In this document: in pieces, positions 43,945 to 50,956 of the stretch
How the letters are laid out: every line of letters starts with the position of its first letter
Position numbering within the stretch: the first letter of the stretch is position 1
Assembly: GCA_963735205.1 (NCBI GenBank)
Contig: CAVTKB010000009.1
Coordinates: 488,942-552,941, forward strand
DNA length: 64,000 bases
DNA from: an uncultured Acidobacteriota bacterium
Lineage (GTDB): Bacteria > Acidobacteriota > Terriglobia > Terriglobales > Acidobacteriaceae
Direction of reading: 5' to 3'
Notes under the pieces: model-generated
Told to the model about the DNA's origin: nothing
The model's input: only the letters and a program-made list of their open reading frames with translations
Databases searched by the model: none
Made by a program: the position numbers and the translations under genes

Positions 43945-44787
43945 ATGTCTGTGAAAATGCTCAGCACACTACCTGCTTCGCGACGAAGCGACGCCATGCG
44001 ATCGGACCCGACGCGGGTCGATCCCCGCAAACTGAAACTGGGAAAGTCGGAGGCGCGGCATGATCCACGGGCGCTGCTGCTGGCCTCCTACGTAACGCCG
44101 GCGCTGCCCGCGCCGCCCGCCAGTTTCGATCTGAGCGCCAAGGTGGGAAGTTCGTGGGGCATGATGGACAACGACGACATTGGCGACTGCACCTGCGCCG
44201 CCGCCGGACACCTGATCATGGAGTGGACGGCGAACTCGGGCAAAAAAATGGTGACGCCGACCGATCAGCAGATCATCGCGGCGTATTCGGCCATCACTGG
44301 CTACAATCCGAAGACCGGCGCCAATGACAATGGCGCGAACGAAGTCGATGTGCTGAATTACTGGCGCCAGACCGGCATCGCCGGAGACAAAATTGGCGCC
44401 TTCGTTTCGCTCGAGCCCTCCAACCACACACACGTCATGGATTCGGTTTATATCTTTGAGGGCTGCTATATCGGGGTGCAGCTGCCCATCAGCGCGCAAG
44501 CCCAAACCCAGAACCACCAGCCCTGGTCGGTTCCGCCCGGCGGGACGACGGGCAACGGCAAACCGGGTTCCTGGGGAGGACATGCGATTCCGGTTGTGGC
44601 CTACGATACGCGCGGGGTCACGGTGGTGACCTGGGGAGCGTTGCAAGTCATGACGTGGTCGTTCTGGGAAGCGTATTGCGACGAGGCATATGCGATCGTT
44701 AGCACCGACTACCTGGACGGAAAGAAGAAGACGCCCCAGGGATTCAACATGGAGCAGTTGCAGGCCGACTTGTCTGACTTGAAGTAA
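43945..44787 (+). CDS. papain-like (C1-like) cysteine peptidase-fold protein
   Basis: AAGGAG Shine-Dalgarno plus ATG. Candidate catalytic 'DNDDIGDCTCAAAGH' (Cys) and 'GSWGGHAIPVVAYD' (His). No signal peptide. Confidence 0.55.
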   Translation: MSVKMLSTLPASRRSDAMRSDPTRVDPRKLKLGKSEARHDPRALLLASYVTPALPAPPASFDLSAKVGSSWGMMDNDDIGDCTCAAAGHLIMEWTANSGKKMVTPTDQQIIAAYSAITGYNPKTGANDNGANEVDVLNYWRQTGIAGDKIGAFVSLEPSNHTHVMDSVYIFEGCYIGVQLPISAQAQTQNHQPWSVPPGGTTGNGKPGSWGGHAIPVVAYDTRGVTVVTWGALQVMTWSFWEAYCDEAYAIVSTDYLDGKKKTPQGFNMEQLQADLSDLK

Positions 44788-44870
44788 ACACAGACAGGCA
44801 GTCCAGGGACTGGACAGCGGGGCGTTTTCACTCGCTCCATTTTCACATCACCTCAGGAAAGGAGCATCGC

Positions 44871-45932
44871 GTGGGCGCTCTTACGATTGCCTTCGACACT
44901 ACGATTGTGGGAGCGCTCGCGCTGCCCTGGATCTTGCTGGTCATTCAACTATTTCTTTTCCATGGCGAGAACCGTTTCGGCATTGTGCTGAACTGGATTC
45001 GAAGCCAACGACTGGAGGCGTTCTCAGCGCTGCTCCCCGTGGCCGCGGTTGTGTTGTTCGCCGTCGCCTACACACTGGGCAGCGGAGTGTCGCGGGTCGC
45101 GAAGGATCTTTTCGACGACGATGACCTGCACGTCAGGGTGGCCGGTCATCTGCTCCGCAACGGCGTATCGGAGCGCCGCATTCTCACGCGACTCTATTGC
45201 GACACCGACACCAGCTTGCTGAATGGGCAGACGGGAAATCCTGCACTGGCACAGAGGATCAAAGACTTCAGGGGGCAGCAAACGCCGTGCTCGCAAGCCC
45301 TGGCCGGGTGGGTGCGCCACAAACACGACAGGCTGGAGGGCGACGTGATCGGAATTGCGACAGACATTTTCGGACTGCAGGAAAATGCGCTGATGGTGCA
45401 GGGCGGGGACTACACCACGCGGCTGCGCGAACTTCATGAAGAGGTCATGGTGCTGCGAGGCGCCGCATTTAACGGCGTGATCGCAGTCTTTCTGTGTCTC
45501 TTCGCCTGGGGCTTCGCACTGGGGCGGGAAAAACCCGGCTCGTGGCTGCGCCGGACGATCATGCTGGTGCCTGTGTTTTGTCTGGTCGCGGGGCTGGTCG
45601 CGCTGAACAACCACTTTGAAGGGTCGTTCCCCACTGATCCGCCTTTAATCGAATTTACTTTGTTGCTGCTGGCGGGGGGCGGAGCGTGGCTGCTGTGGCG
45701 GCACCCCCTCTGGCATCCGGCGCACCGACCCGGGACGAAGGATGCCGACGGCGGAAAAAAAGAAGAGGCCACCAGCAACGGCTGGCAAAAAACGCGCTGG
45801 GGAAGGCTGGTCGCTCTCTCTTTCGTTCTCACCGTTGCCGTTTTCATGGGCTGGTGGTCGACAGAAGTGTTCTATGCGCAACAGGTGATTTATTCGTACG
45901 ACACGCAGGGTCCGAGCGCGGCGCAGAAGTGA
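44871..45932 (+). CDS. hypothetical polytopic membrane protein (353 aa)
   Basis: AGGAAAGGAG Shine-Dalgarno plus GTG. Two N-terminal TM segments, a soluble insert of about 130 aa, and 3-4 C-terminal TM segments. No recognised family. Confidence 0.55.
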   Translation: MGALTIAFDTTIVGALALPWILLVIQLFLFHGENRFGIVLNWIRSQRLEAFSALLPVAAVVLFAVAYTLGSGVSRVAKDLFDDDDLHVRVAGHLLRNGVSERRILTRLYCDTDTSLLNGQTGNPALAQRIKDFRGQQTPCSQALAGWVRHKHDRLEGDVIGIATDIFGLQENALMVQGGDYTTRLRELHEEVMVLRGAAFNGVIAVFLCLFAWGFALGREKPGSWLRRTIMLVPVFCLVAGLVALNNHFEGSFPTDPPLIEFTLLLLAGGGAWLLWRHPLWHPAHRPGTKDADGGKKEEATSNGWQKTRWGRLVALSFVLTVAVFMGWWSTEVFYAQQVIYSYDTQGPSAAQK

Positions 45933-46003
45933 GAGTCTGACTCGTTAAGTCGGACTCGTTCGTTGTCGGTCCCGCTCCGTATGCCGATGCCGAGAACTGC
46001 AGA

Positions 46004-46029
46004 GATCCTTCGCTTCGCTCAGGATGACA
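46004..46029. repeat. single arm of the ...GGATGACA repeat family
   Basis: 'gatccttcgcttcgctcaggatgaca'. Confidence 0.7.
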
Positions 46030-46063
46030 TGGGAAATTGCGATCTGCCGTTCGCGATACCTGA

Positions 46064-46780
46064 CTAAGCTTCTAAACCCACGTGGCAGATGCGGCCGACC
46101 AGGTAGTCGGCGGCGCGTTTGCCGCCTGCCATGGCGACTACTTCGATAGGGGAAGACTGGTTGTGGGGGCGGAGAATGAGCTCATTTTCGGTGACTTCTA
46201 CATATCTGACCGTGCAAGTATCGTTTTTCAGAACAGCGTACATATTGAGTTCGCCTTTGCGATATGGCTTAACTGCGTTGTAATGGCGGTCTATGAGAAG
46301 GGTTGACCCGGGCATGAGTCGGGGAGACATGCTGGTGGCCTCCCGGGCGTCGAGCTTGATGAGCACGAAGCGGTGCCAGGCAGAGCGGTCGCCGTCGGAT
46401 TCGGCTTTCAGCTTGTGCAGGAAAGTCTTTTTGAACTTGAGGATGTCTTTTACCTGCATGGTGGTGATGAGAGGCTGAGTGGCAGCGGTGGCGGGGTCGG
46501 TGAGCAGAACGTTTTCAAATTCGTCGGCGCTGGGGGGCAGGATGGAGGCGCGCTTGTTGACCTCGGCGGGATCGAGCAGATCGAGCACGGAAAGATGCTG
46601 AACGGAAAGGACTTTATCCATGCCCTCGAGACTAAGACCGCGTTTGCGGTTGAGGAAATTGGAGATGTGGGCCTGCTTGAATCCGGTCTGCTGGGCAAGG
46701 TGCAGGCCGGTGAGTTCTCCTGCTTCGATGCGCTCCCAGAGCAGCTTGCGAAGGTTATCTTGCAGGATTTTGAACTTCAT
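46064..46780 (-). CDS. XRE-family HTH regulator with S24/LexA-like C-terminal domain (paralog of 9420-10226)
   Basis: 'LTGLHLAQQTGFKQAHISNFLNRKRGLS' HTH. C-terminal 'ATSMSPRLMPGSTLLID...YAVLKNDTCTVRYVEVTENELILRPHN' matches LexA 'SM.P...GD' and 'TVKRL...L.PEN', but Arg replaces the catalytic Lys position. Confidence 0.7.
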   Translation of the reverse strand: MKFKILQDNLRKLLWERIEAGELTGLHLAQQTGFKQAHISNFLNRKRGLSLEGMDKVLSVQHLSVLDLLDPAEVNKRASILPPSADEFENVLLTDPATAATQPLITTMQVKDILKFKKTFLHKLKAESDGDRSAWHRFVLIKLDAREATSMSPRLMPGSTLLIDRHYNAVKPYRKGELNMYAVLKNDTCTVRYVEVTENELILRPHNQSSPIEVVAMAGGKRAADYLVGRICHVGLEA

Positions 46781-46839
46781 GGGCGGAGTATAGCACCGGT
46801 TTATTGCTAAGGAACTACCGCCAAGATTTCCACAGGTTG

Positions 46840-46885
46840 GGTTTGTGTATCCAACCTTGACTGAGAAAATTCACAGTTATACGAT
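46840..46885 (+). promoter_or_regulatory. candidate sigma70-type promoter plus inverted repeat in the divergent intergenic region
   Basis: The inverted repeat aggttgg(N10)ccaacct (46844-46857) abuts TTGACT (46857-62). Then a 17-nt spacer and TACGAT (46880-85), about 20 nt before ATG 46907. Confidence 0.35.
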
Positions 46886-46906
46886 CGCCAAATTGTAGGG
46901 GCCCAT

Positions 46907-47161
46907 ATGCTCTATGGCAGGAAAGTGACAAGTCAAACAGACAATTCGACTGAGGAAAAAGAGTTCGGCGAATTTCGGCGGAAGGTAAAGTCGGCCGAAG
47001 TATTGTCGGCATCCCTGGAGCATTTACTGCTATCGCTGCGCTTTACGGGACGGGTGAGCGTGGTGATGCAAAACGGACGCGTGCTGAAGTCGGGGTACGA
47101 GGAAGGCTACTTCTCGCAGCGGCAAACACGCGCTGACGAAGAAGGCCCACAGAAACTTTAG
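46907..47161 (+). CDS. YezD/DUF2292-like small protein
   Basis: 'LEHLLLSLRFTGRVSVVMQNGRVLKSGYEEGY' matches the recalled DUF2292 pattern L..L.(F/Y)G.V.I..Q(D/N)G.V..IE..E. Confidence 0.5.
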   Translation: MLYGRKVTSQTDNSTEEKEFGEFRRKVKSAEVLSASLEHLLLSLRFTGRVSVVMQNGRVLKSGYEEGYFSQRQTRADEEGPQKL

Positions 47162-47327
47162 GCGCGGAGGGGTGAACGGCGAACAGAAATGGCTGCCTGC
47201 TTTGGGCGGGGCAGCGAGAAAGATAGTTTTCTGGAAAGTCGTTTTCTAGAGAACTATCTTCTAGCGATTCAATTTCTACAGATCCACAAAACTAAATAGC
47301 GTAAGCAGGTCTTCGTAAGAGAAACGA

Positions 47328-47380
47328 GCCCTGCGTTCGGTCCCCTGCACTTGGCGGGGATTGACGCAGGGCTTTTTTGT
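47328..47380 (+). terminator. compound hairpin plus T-run (rho-independent terminator or attenuator)
   Basis: Outer stem gccctgcgt/acgcagggc, inner stem tcccc/gggga, followed by TTTTTTGTTT. It lies 167 nt after the YezD-like stop and 77 nt before the Zn-ribbon gene. Confidence 0.6.
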
Positions 47381-47456
47381 TTGGTTGGGCCTTCGCGATT
47401 TGCGGAATAGCGCGGGCAGTGCAGGCGAAGATTCCAAAATTGAAACTTTCGGAGGA

Positions 47457-47801
47457 ATGATGAGACGCAAATCTGAGGGCGAAGGAACCGAAGTGGGCAT
47501 GGAGTTGAAATATTGCGAACATTGCGGAGGGTTGTGGGTGCGGGAGTGCGGGGCGGGAGTGATCTATTGCGATAGGTGCCAGGCGAAAGTGGCCGACTTG
47601 CCGGCGCCGAGGAAGAGAAAGGGCCGGTTGATTTTGCCGGTGCGTCCGCACACGGCGGTCGAGGAGTATGCGGTCGAAGTGGAGGAGGACGGGGAGAGGG
47701 AGATGGATCTTCCGGATGCTCGGGGTCCCAACGACCTTGATCTTGATCCTGATGTTCTCGATCGTGATGCTTCGGACTTTGAAGCGGGCGGTGCGGCATG
47801 A
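47457..47801 (+). CDS. zinc-ribbon protein with acidic C-terminal tail
   Basis: 'MELKYCEHCGGLWVRECGAGVIYCDRCQ' (CxxC...CxxC), then 'EVEEDGEREMDLPD...DLDLDPDVLDRD'. The start may be 47457, 47460 or 47499. Confidence 0.55.
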   Translation: MMRRKSEGEGTEVGMELKYCEHCGGLWVRECGAGVIYCDRCQAKVADLPAPRKRKGRLILPVRPHTAVEEYAVEVEEDGEREMDLPDARGPNDLDLDPDVLDRDASDFEAGGAA

Positions 47802-48541
47802 ATGGTCTGGGGGTGAGCGCCCGCATGGTGGGCATCACGACTGAAGCGGAGGCGGTGGAAATTCACGCGAGTGCGGAAGACTCGAAGCGGCGCGTGCGCA
47901 GCGATCAACCGGCAATGGAAAACTTGCCGGCTCATAACTTTCCGACACATCGGTTTCCGCCAAAAAACGAAAACGTCGAGGTGTCGGAACAGCAGAAGGC
48001 GGCAGAACCGGCGGCCAGCGCAGAACAAACGGCTGTGCCGGCCCCGCAATGGCACACATGGGAGCAAGAGGATCGCGAACGGGAGCAGCGAATCTACCGG
48101 GGGCGCACGGTGGGAATGTTGCGGCGTTATTTGCGGTACTCGATTGAAGCCGGGCGGTTGCCGTCAATGTTGGGCGCGGAATTTTTCCGGGCGAAAGTGA
48201 CGGCGTATACCGTTGTCACGTTTGAAGATCGCGTGATTTTTGTGCATGACATGGAGAAATGTCTGGACCGGCTGGATGATTTTTCGCGACAGCTGATTGC
48301 GCGGCATATTTTGCAGGAGCATGATCAGGCTGCGACGGGAAGGTTGCTGGGCTGTACGGAGAGGACGGTGCGAACGTATGTTCCGATCGTGCTGGATCTG
48401 TTCAGCGACATTTTGCTGGAGGTCGGGTTGATGGAGCGGATCGAGTCGAATCGGGAAAATTCTTCTCAAAATTCTTGTCAAGGGGGTCTGGAGAGCGAAA
48501 TCGCCGCAAGTGATTGCGATGATGGGAAATATAAATTTTGA
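47798..48541 (+). CDS. sigma-70 region-4-like HTH protein
   Basis: ATGA overlap with the upstream gene. 'LDDFSRQLIARHILQEHDQAATGRLLGCTERTVRTYVPIVLDLFSDILLE' resembles a sigma r4/LuxR-type HTH. No clear region 2. Confidence 0.5.
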   Translation: MNGLGVSARMVGITTEAEAVEIHASAEDSKRRVRSDQPAMENLPAHNFPTHRFPPKNENVEVSEQQKAAEPAASAEQTAVPAPQWHTWEQEDREREQRIYRGRTVGMLRRYLRYSIEAGRLPSMLGAEFFRAKVTAYTVVTFEDRVIFVHDMEKCLDRLDDFSRQLIARHILQEHDQAATGRLLGCTERTVRTYVPIVLDLFSDILLEVGLMERIESNRENSSQNSCQGGLESEIAASDCDDGKYKF

Positions 48542-48612
48542 AAAATTTCCGGTTTACCCTATGCGATTTGATATGCTTGATTATAGAGTGAAAAAAAGAA
48601 AATCTCTTGTTG

Positions 48613-48636
48613 AGGGCGCGCCTTGCGGCGCGCCCT
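48613..48636 (+). terminator. perfect 10-bp GC hairpin after the sigma-like gene
   Basis: 'agggcgcgcc ttgc ggcgcgccct' followed by 'tggcatttt' (weak U-tract). Confidence 0.45.
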
Positions 48637-48686
48637 TGGCATTTTGGGGCGGGTTGGGGGAAATCAGGGGACCTGAGTTGGGGAGA

Positions 48687-49121
48687 ATGACTAAGAAAAA
48701 GGCAGTTGGCAAGACGAGTCCGAAAAAATCCGCAAAAAAGCAGAAGAAAAATCTAAAGAGGGGAAAGAAGGAACTGGATCCGGTTGAGTTGCGCAAGGAT
48801 ATCGAGCATATGGTGAAGTCGGAGGCAGGAGAAATTGCTGGAGCCGTTATCGGCGAGGGAAAGAAGGGGCAGCTGGCCACGGTGAAGTATTTGTTTGAGA
48901 TGGCGAAGATCTTTCCGCCGTCGACGGATGGAAGTCAGGCGAGTGCGGAGGAAGATTGCCTGGCGAAAACTTTGCTGCACCGATTGAACCTGCCGGAGGA
49001 ACCGATCTCGCGGGACGAAGACGGCGAGACGGAGGGCGCGCGGAAGATGGAATCGGGAGTGGGCAATGGCGAGGCTATGCCGCACGGTGATGGCGAGAGC
49101 AAGGATCCAGTGTTGACCTAA
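48687..49121 (+). CDS. hypothetical protein with Lys-rich N-terminus
   Basis: 'MTKKKAVGKTSPKKSAKKQKKNLKRGKKE...GQLATVKYLFEMAKIFP...'. No recognised family. Confidence 0.5.
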   Translation: MTKKKAVGKTSPKKSAKKQKKNLKRGKKELDPVELRKDIEHMVKSEAGEIAGAVIGEGKKGQLATVKYLFEMAKIFPPSTDGSQASAEEDCLAKTLLHRLNLPEEPISRDEDGETEGARKMESGVGNGEAMPHGDGESKDPVLT

Positions 49122-49137
49122 GTGCGGGGTGACGCGG

Positions 49138-49166
49138 CCCCGGACGAATGCGTCCGGGGCTACGTT
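49138..49166. repeat. hairpin repeat 'CCCCGGACGAATGCGTCCGGGGCTACGT'
   Basis: Stem ccccggacg/cgtccgggg, directly after the stop at 49121. A near-copy (23/25 nt) lies inside the E1alpha 5' region at 56839-56864. Confidence 0.6.
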
Positions 49167-49304
49167 AGCCATGCGGTTTCAATCGGGAATCGGAACGGTT
49201 ACTTCGGAATCTTTCCTGCTTACGACGTGAAAATTCAGAACAGGCAATGCCGTAGAATCGGGAGCAGAGCAGTGCGACGAGAACCGGTAGCGATTTGGGT
49301 GGGT

Positions 49305-49395
49305 CCGAAGTCGGAAGTTAAAGTCCACGCGTTCTCGCAAAAAACGGGAGACATGGGGTACCCGGAAGCCGAAATCGGAAGTTGAAATCCCACGC
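49305..49395 (+). repeat. two ~26-nt direct repeats within a TCGGAA-rich intergenic region
   Basis: 'ccgaagtcggaagttaaagtccacgc' (49305-49330) and 'ccgaaatcggaagttgaaatcccacgc' (49369-49395). TCGGAA-like hexamers recur from about 49183 onward. Confidence 0.6.
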
Positions 49396-49425
49396 ACCCG
49401 GGGGAGAGCCTCCGCCGCACACAGG

Positions 49426-49878
49426 ATGGGGATGGATATTACATGGTTGACCGACCGGATTGCGGTCGGGGGCGGGATTTGGACGTCGGACAATATGGCG
49501 AAGGTGGCGCGGGCAGGGATCACGCACATCGTCGACATGCAGATTGAGTTTGATGACACGCCGCTGGCACGGGCGTACAGCATCGACGTGTTGTGGAATC
49601 CGACGGACGACGATTTCGAGGAGAAGCCGGCGGAGTTGTTCCGGCGAGGGGTGGACTTCGCACTGGCTGCGCTGGAAGCGCCGGATGCGAAAGTGTTCAT
49701 CCACTGCGCGGCGGGAGTGCACCGGGCGCCGATGATGGCGCTGGCACTCCTGGGCGCGATGGGATGGGGGATGGACGACGCGATGCGGTTGATTGAGGTG
49801 CGGCGTCCGGCGGCGGATTTTGCCACGGTGTATGTGGAGAGCGTGGAGAAGTTTCTGGAGGGCGGGCGGGTGTTTTAG
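49426..49878 (+). CDS. dual-specificity (Cys-based, HCX5R) protein phosphatase
   Basis: 'VFIHCAAGVHRAPMMALALL' P-loop. 150 aa. Confidence 0.75.
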   Translation: MGMDITWLTDRIAVGGGIWTSDNMAKVARAGITHIVDMQIEFDDTPLARAYSIDVLWNPTDDDFEEKPAELFRRGVDFALAALEAPDAKVFIHCAAGVHRAPMMALALLGAMGWGMDDAMRLIEVRRPAADFATVYVESVEKFLEGGRVF

Positions 49879-49913
49879 GGTGTCGGGGGATGCAGGGGCT
49901 ACTAAAAAAAGCA

Positions 49914-49963
49914 GGTCCCTCCACTGCGCCGTCGCATTGCTCCGGCTTCGGTCGGGATGACAA
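49914..49963. repeat. variant arm of the ...GGATGACA repeat family
   Basis: 'ggtccctccactgcgccgtcgcattgctccggcttcggtcgggatgacaa'. Confidence 0.6.
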
Positions 49964-49983
49964 TTCGATTTATGGGTTGGGAG

Positions 49984-50013
49984 ATGGGAGCCTTCGGGCT
50001 CCCATAATTTTTT
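49984..50013 (+). terminator. rho-independent terminator
   Basis: Stem atgggagcc/ggctcccat, TTCG loop, then AATTTTTT. Confidence 0.7.
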
Positions 50014-50042
50014 GGGGGAGATTGGTTGCGGCGGGAAGAGCA

Positions 50043-50067
50043 GCGGGCAGGAGTGCCCGCTCCACAT
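50043..50067 (-). repeat. inverted second copy of the 4909-4933 hairpin repeat
   Basis: 'gcgggcaggagtgcccgctccacat' is the reverse complement of 'atgtggAgcgggcactcctgcccgc' (24/25 nt). Confidence 0.7.
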
Positions 50068-50125
50068 TTTCGCTCTACACTTTCGGTCCACGTTTTTGGT
50101 CCATATAGAAATTGGAATTGGATAG

Positions 50126-50866
50126 ATGGAGGGGACGATGTTTGACGCGGGCCGCCGCCCTAATGGGCGGCATTTTTATTGGTTGCTGACGGTGGTGATC
50201 GCGGCCACCGGCTTTGGGTTTTCGGCTTTCGGGGCGGAACCTGTTCCTCAGAGTGGGCCGGCGACCACTACAGTTGCGGATACCGTTTTCCTGGCGGACG
50301 GGACTACAGCTTCCGGAACACTCATTATCACTTGGCCGGCGTTTGTGACGGCGAGCGGTGCGGCGGTTGCGGGTGGAACGACGAACGCGACGTTGGGAAC
50401 GAACGGGGCCCTCAGCGTCGCGTTGGCGCCGAACGCGGGAGCGACTCCGGCAGGAGTGTATTACACGGTCGTCTACCAGATTGGGGCGGGCGAAGTGAAG
50501 ACTGAGTATTGGGTGGTGCCGACGACTTCTCCGGTGAACCTGGCGGGGGTGAGGACGACGCCGGGATCGGGCACTGCCGGGCAGCCGGTATCGCTGGAGT
50601 ACGTGAATACGCAGCTGGCGGGGGTGGTGCATCTGACCGGGACCGAGACGATAACGGGCAATAAGTCTGGGGCGGAGAAGAAGGACGCCGCGATGTCTTT
50701 TTTAGAAAACGCTCTGGCCACCGTAGATGCTGTCGCGGCGAGGGAAATTGTTGATCCGGACAAGTTCAAGGATGGAATTTCGAAAATCATCGACGGAACT
50801 GTGGAGTGTTTGAACGCTTCGACGTGGGCGAAGAGTGCGGGGCAGGTCCCGGTTGTCAGCCAGTAG
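50126..50866 (+). CDS. truncated/chimeric tailspike- or pectate-lyase-superfamily-like N-terminal fragment fused to an unrelated helical C-terminus
   Basis: Signal anchor plus 'TVFLADGTTASGTLIITWPAF...AGVYYTVVYQIGAGEVKTEYWVVP...VVHLTGTETITGNK'. I recall this as the N-terminus of much larger acidobacterial beta-helix proteins. The sequence then switches abruptly to 'SGAEKKDAAMSFLENALATVDAV...IIDGTVECLNASTWAK'. Confidence 0.45.
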   Translation: MEGTMFDAGRRPNGRHFYWLLTVVIAATGFGFSAFGAEPVPQSGPATTTVADTVFLADGTTASGTLIITWPAFVTASGAAVAGGTTNATLGTNGALSVALAPNAGATPAGVYYTVVYQIGAGEVKTEYWVVPTTSPVNLAGVRTTPGSGTAGQPVSLEYVNTQLAGVVHLTGTETITGNKSGAEKKDAAMSFLENALATVDAVAAREIVDPDKFKDGISKIIDGTVECLNASTWAKSAGQVPVVSQ

Positions 50867-50956
50867 CTTTAGCATCAACCTCTTCTGGCGCAAAGAGCGC
50901 GCGAGAAATGAGGCACCCATTTCCTCTGCCAAACCCATTTTCCCTCGCACCCTTTC

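Noticed and set aside
49305-49395. Possible CRISPR-like repeats
   Set aside because: Only two imperfect copies are present, with no further repeat-spacer periodicity and no cas genes in the window.
49179-50632. Several long minus-strand ORFs (215, 257 and 185 aa) over the phosphatase and tailspike-fragment region
   Set aside because: The products are Arg/Pro/His-rich. They are antisense to genes with motifs (HCX5R) or run through repeat and terminator sequence.
50126-50866. Tailspike-like fragment as evidence of a prophage
   Set aside because: No capsid, terminase, portal, integrase or lysis genes are nearby. The module is also common in non-phage acidobacterial surface proteins.
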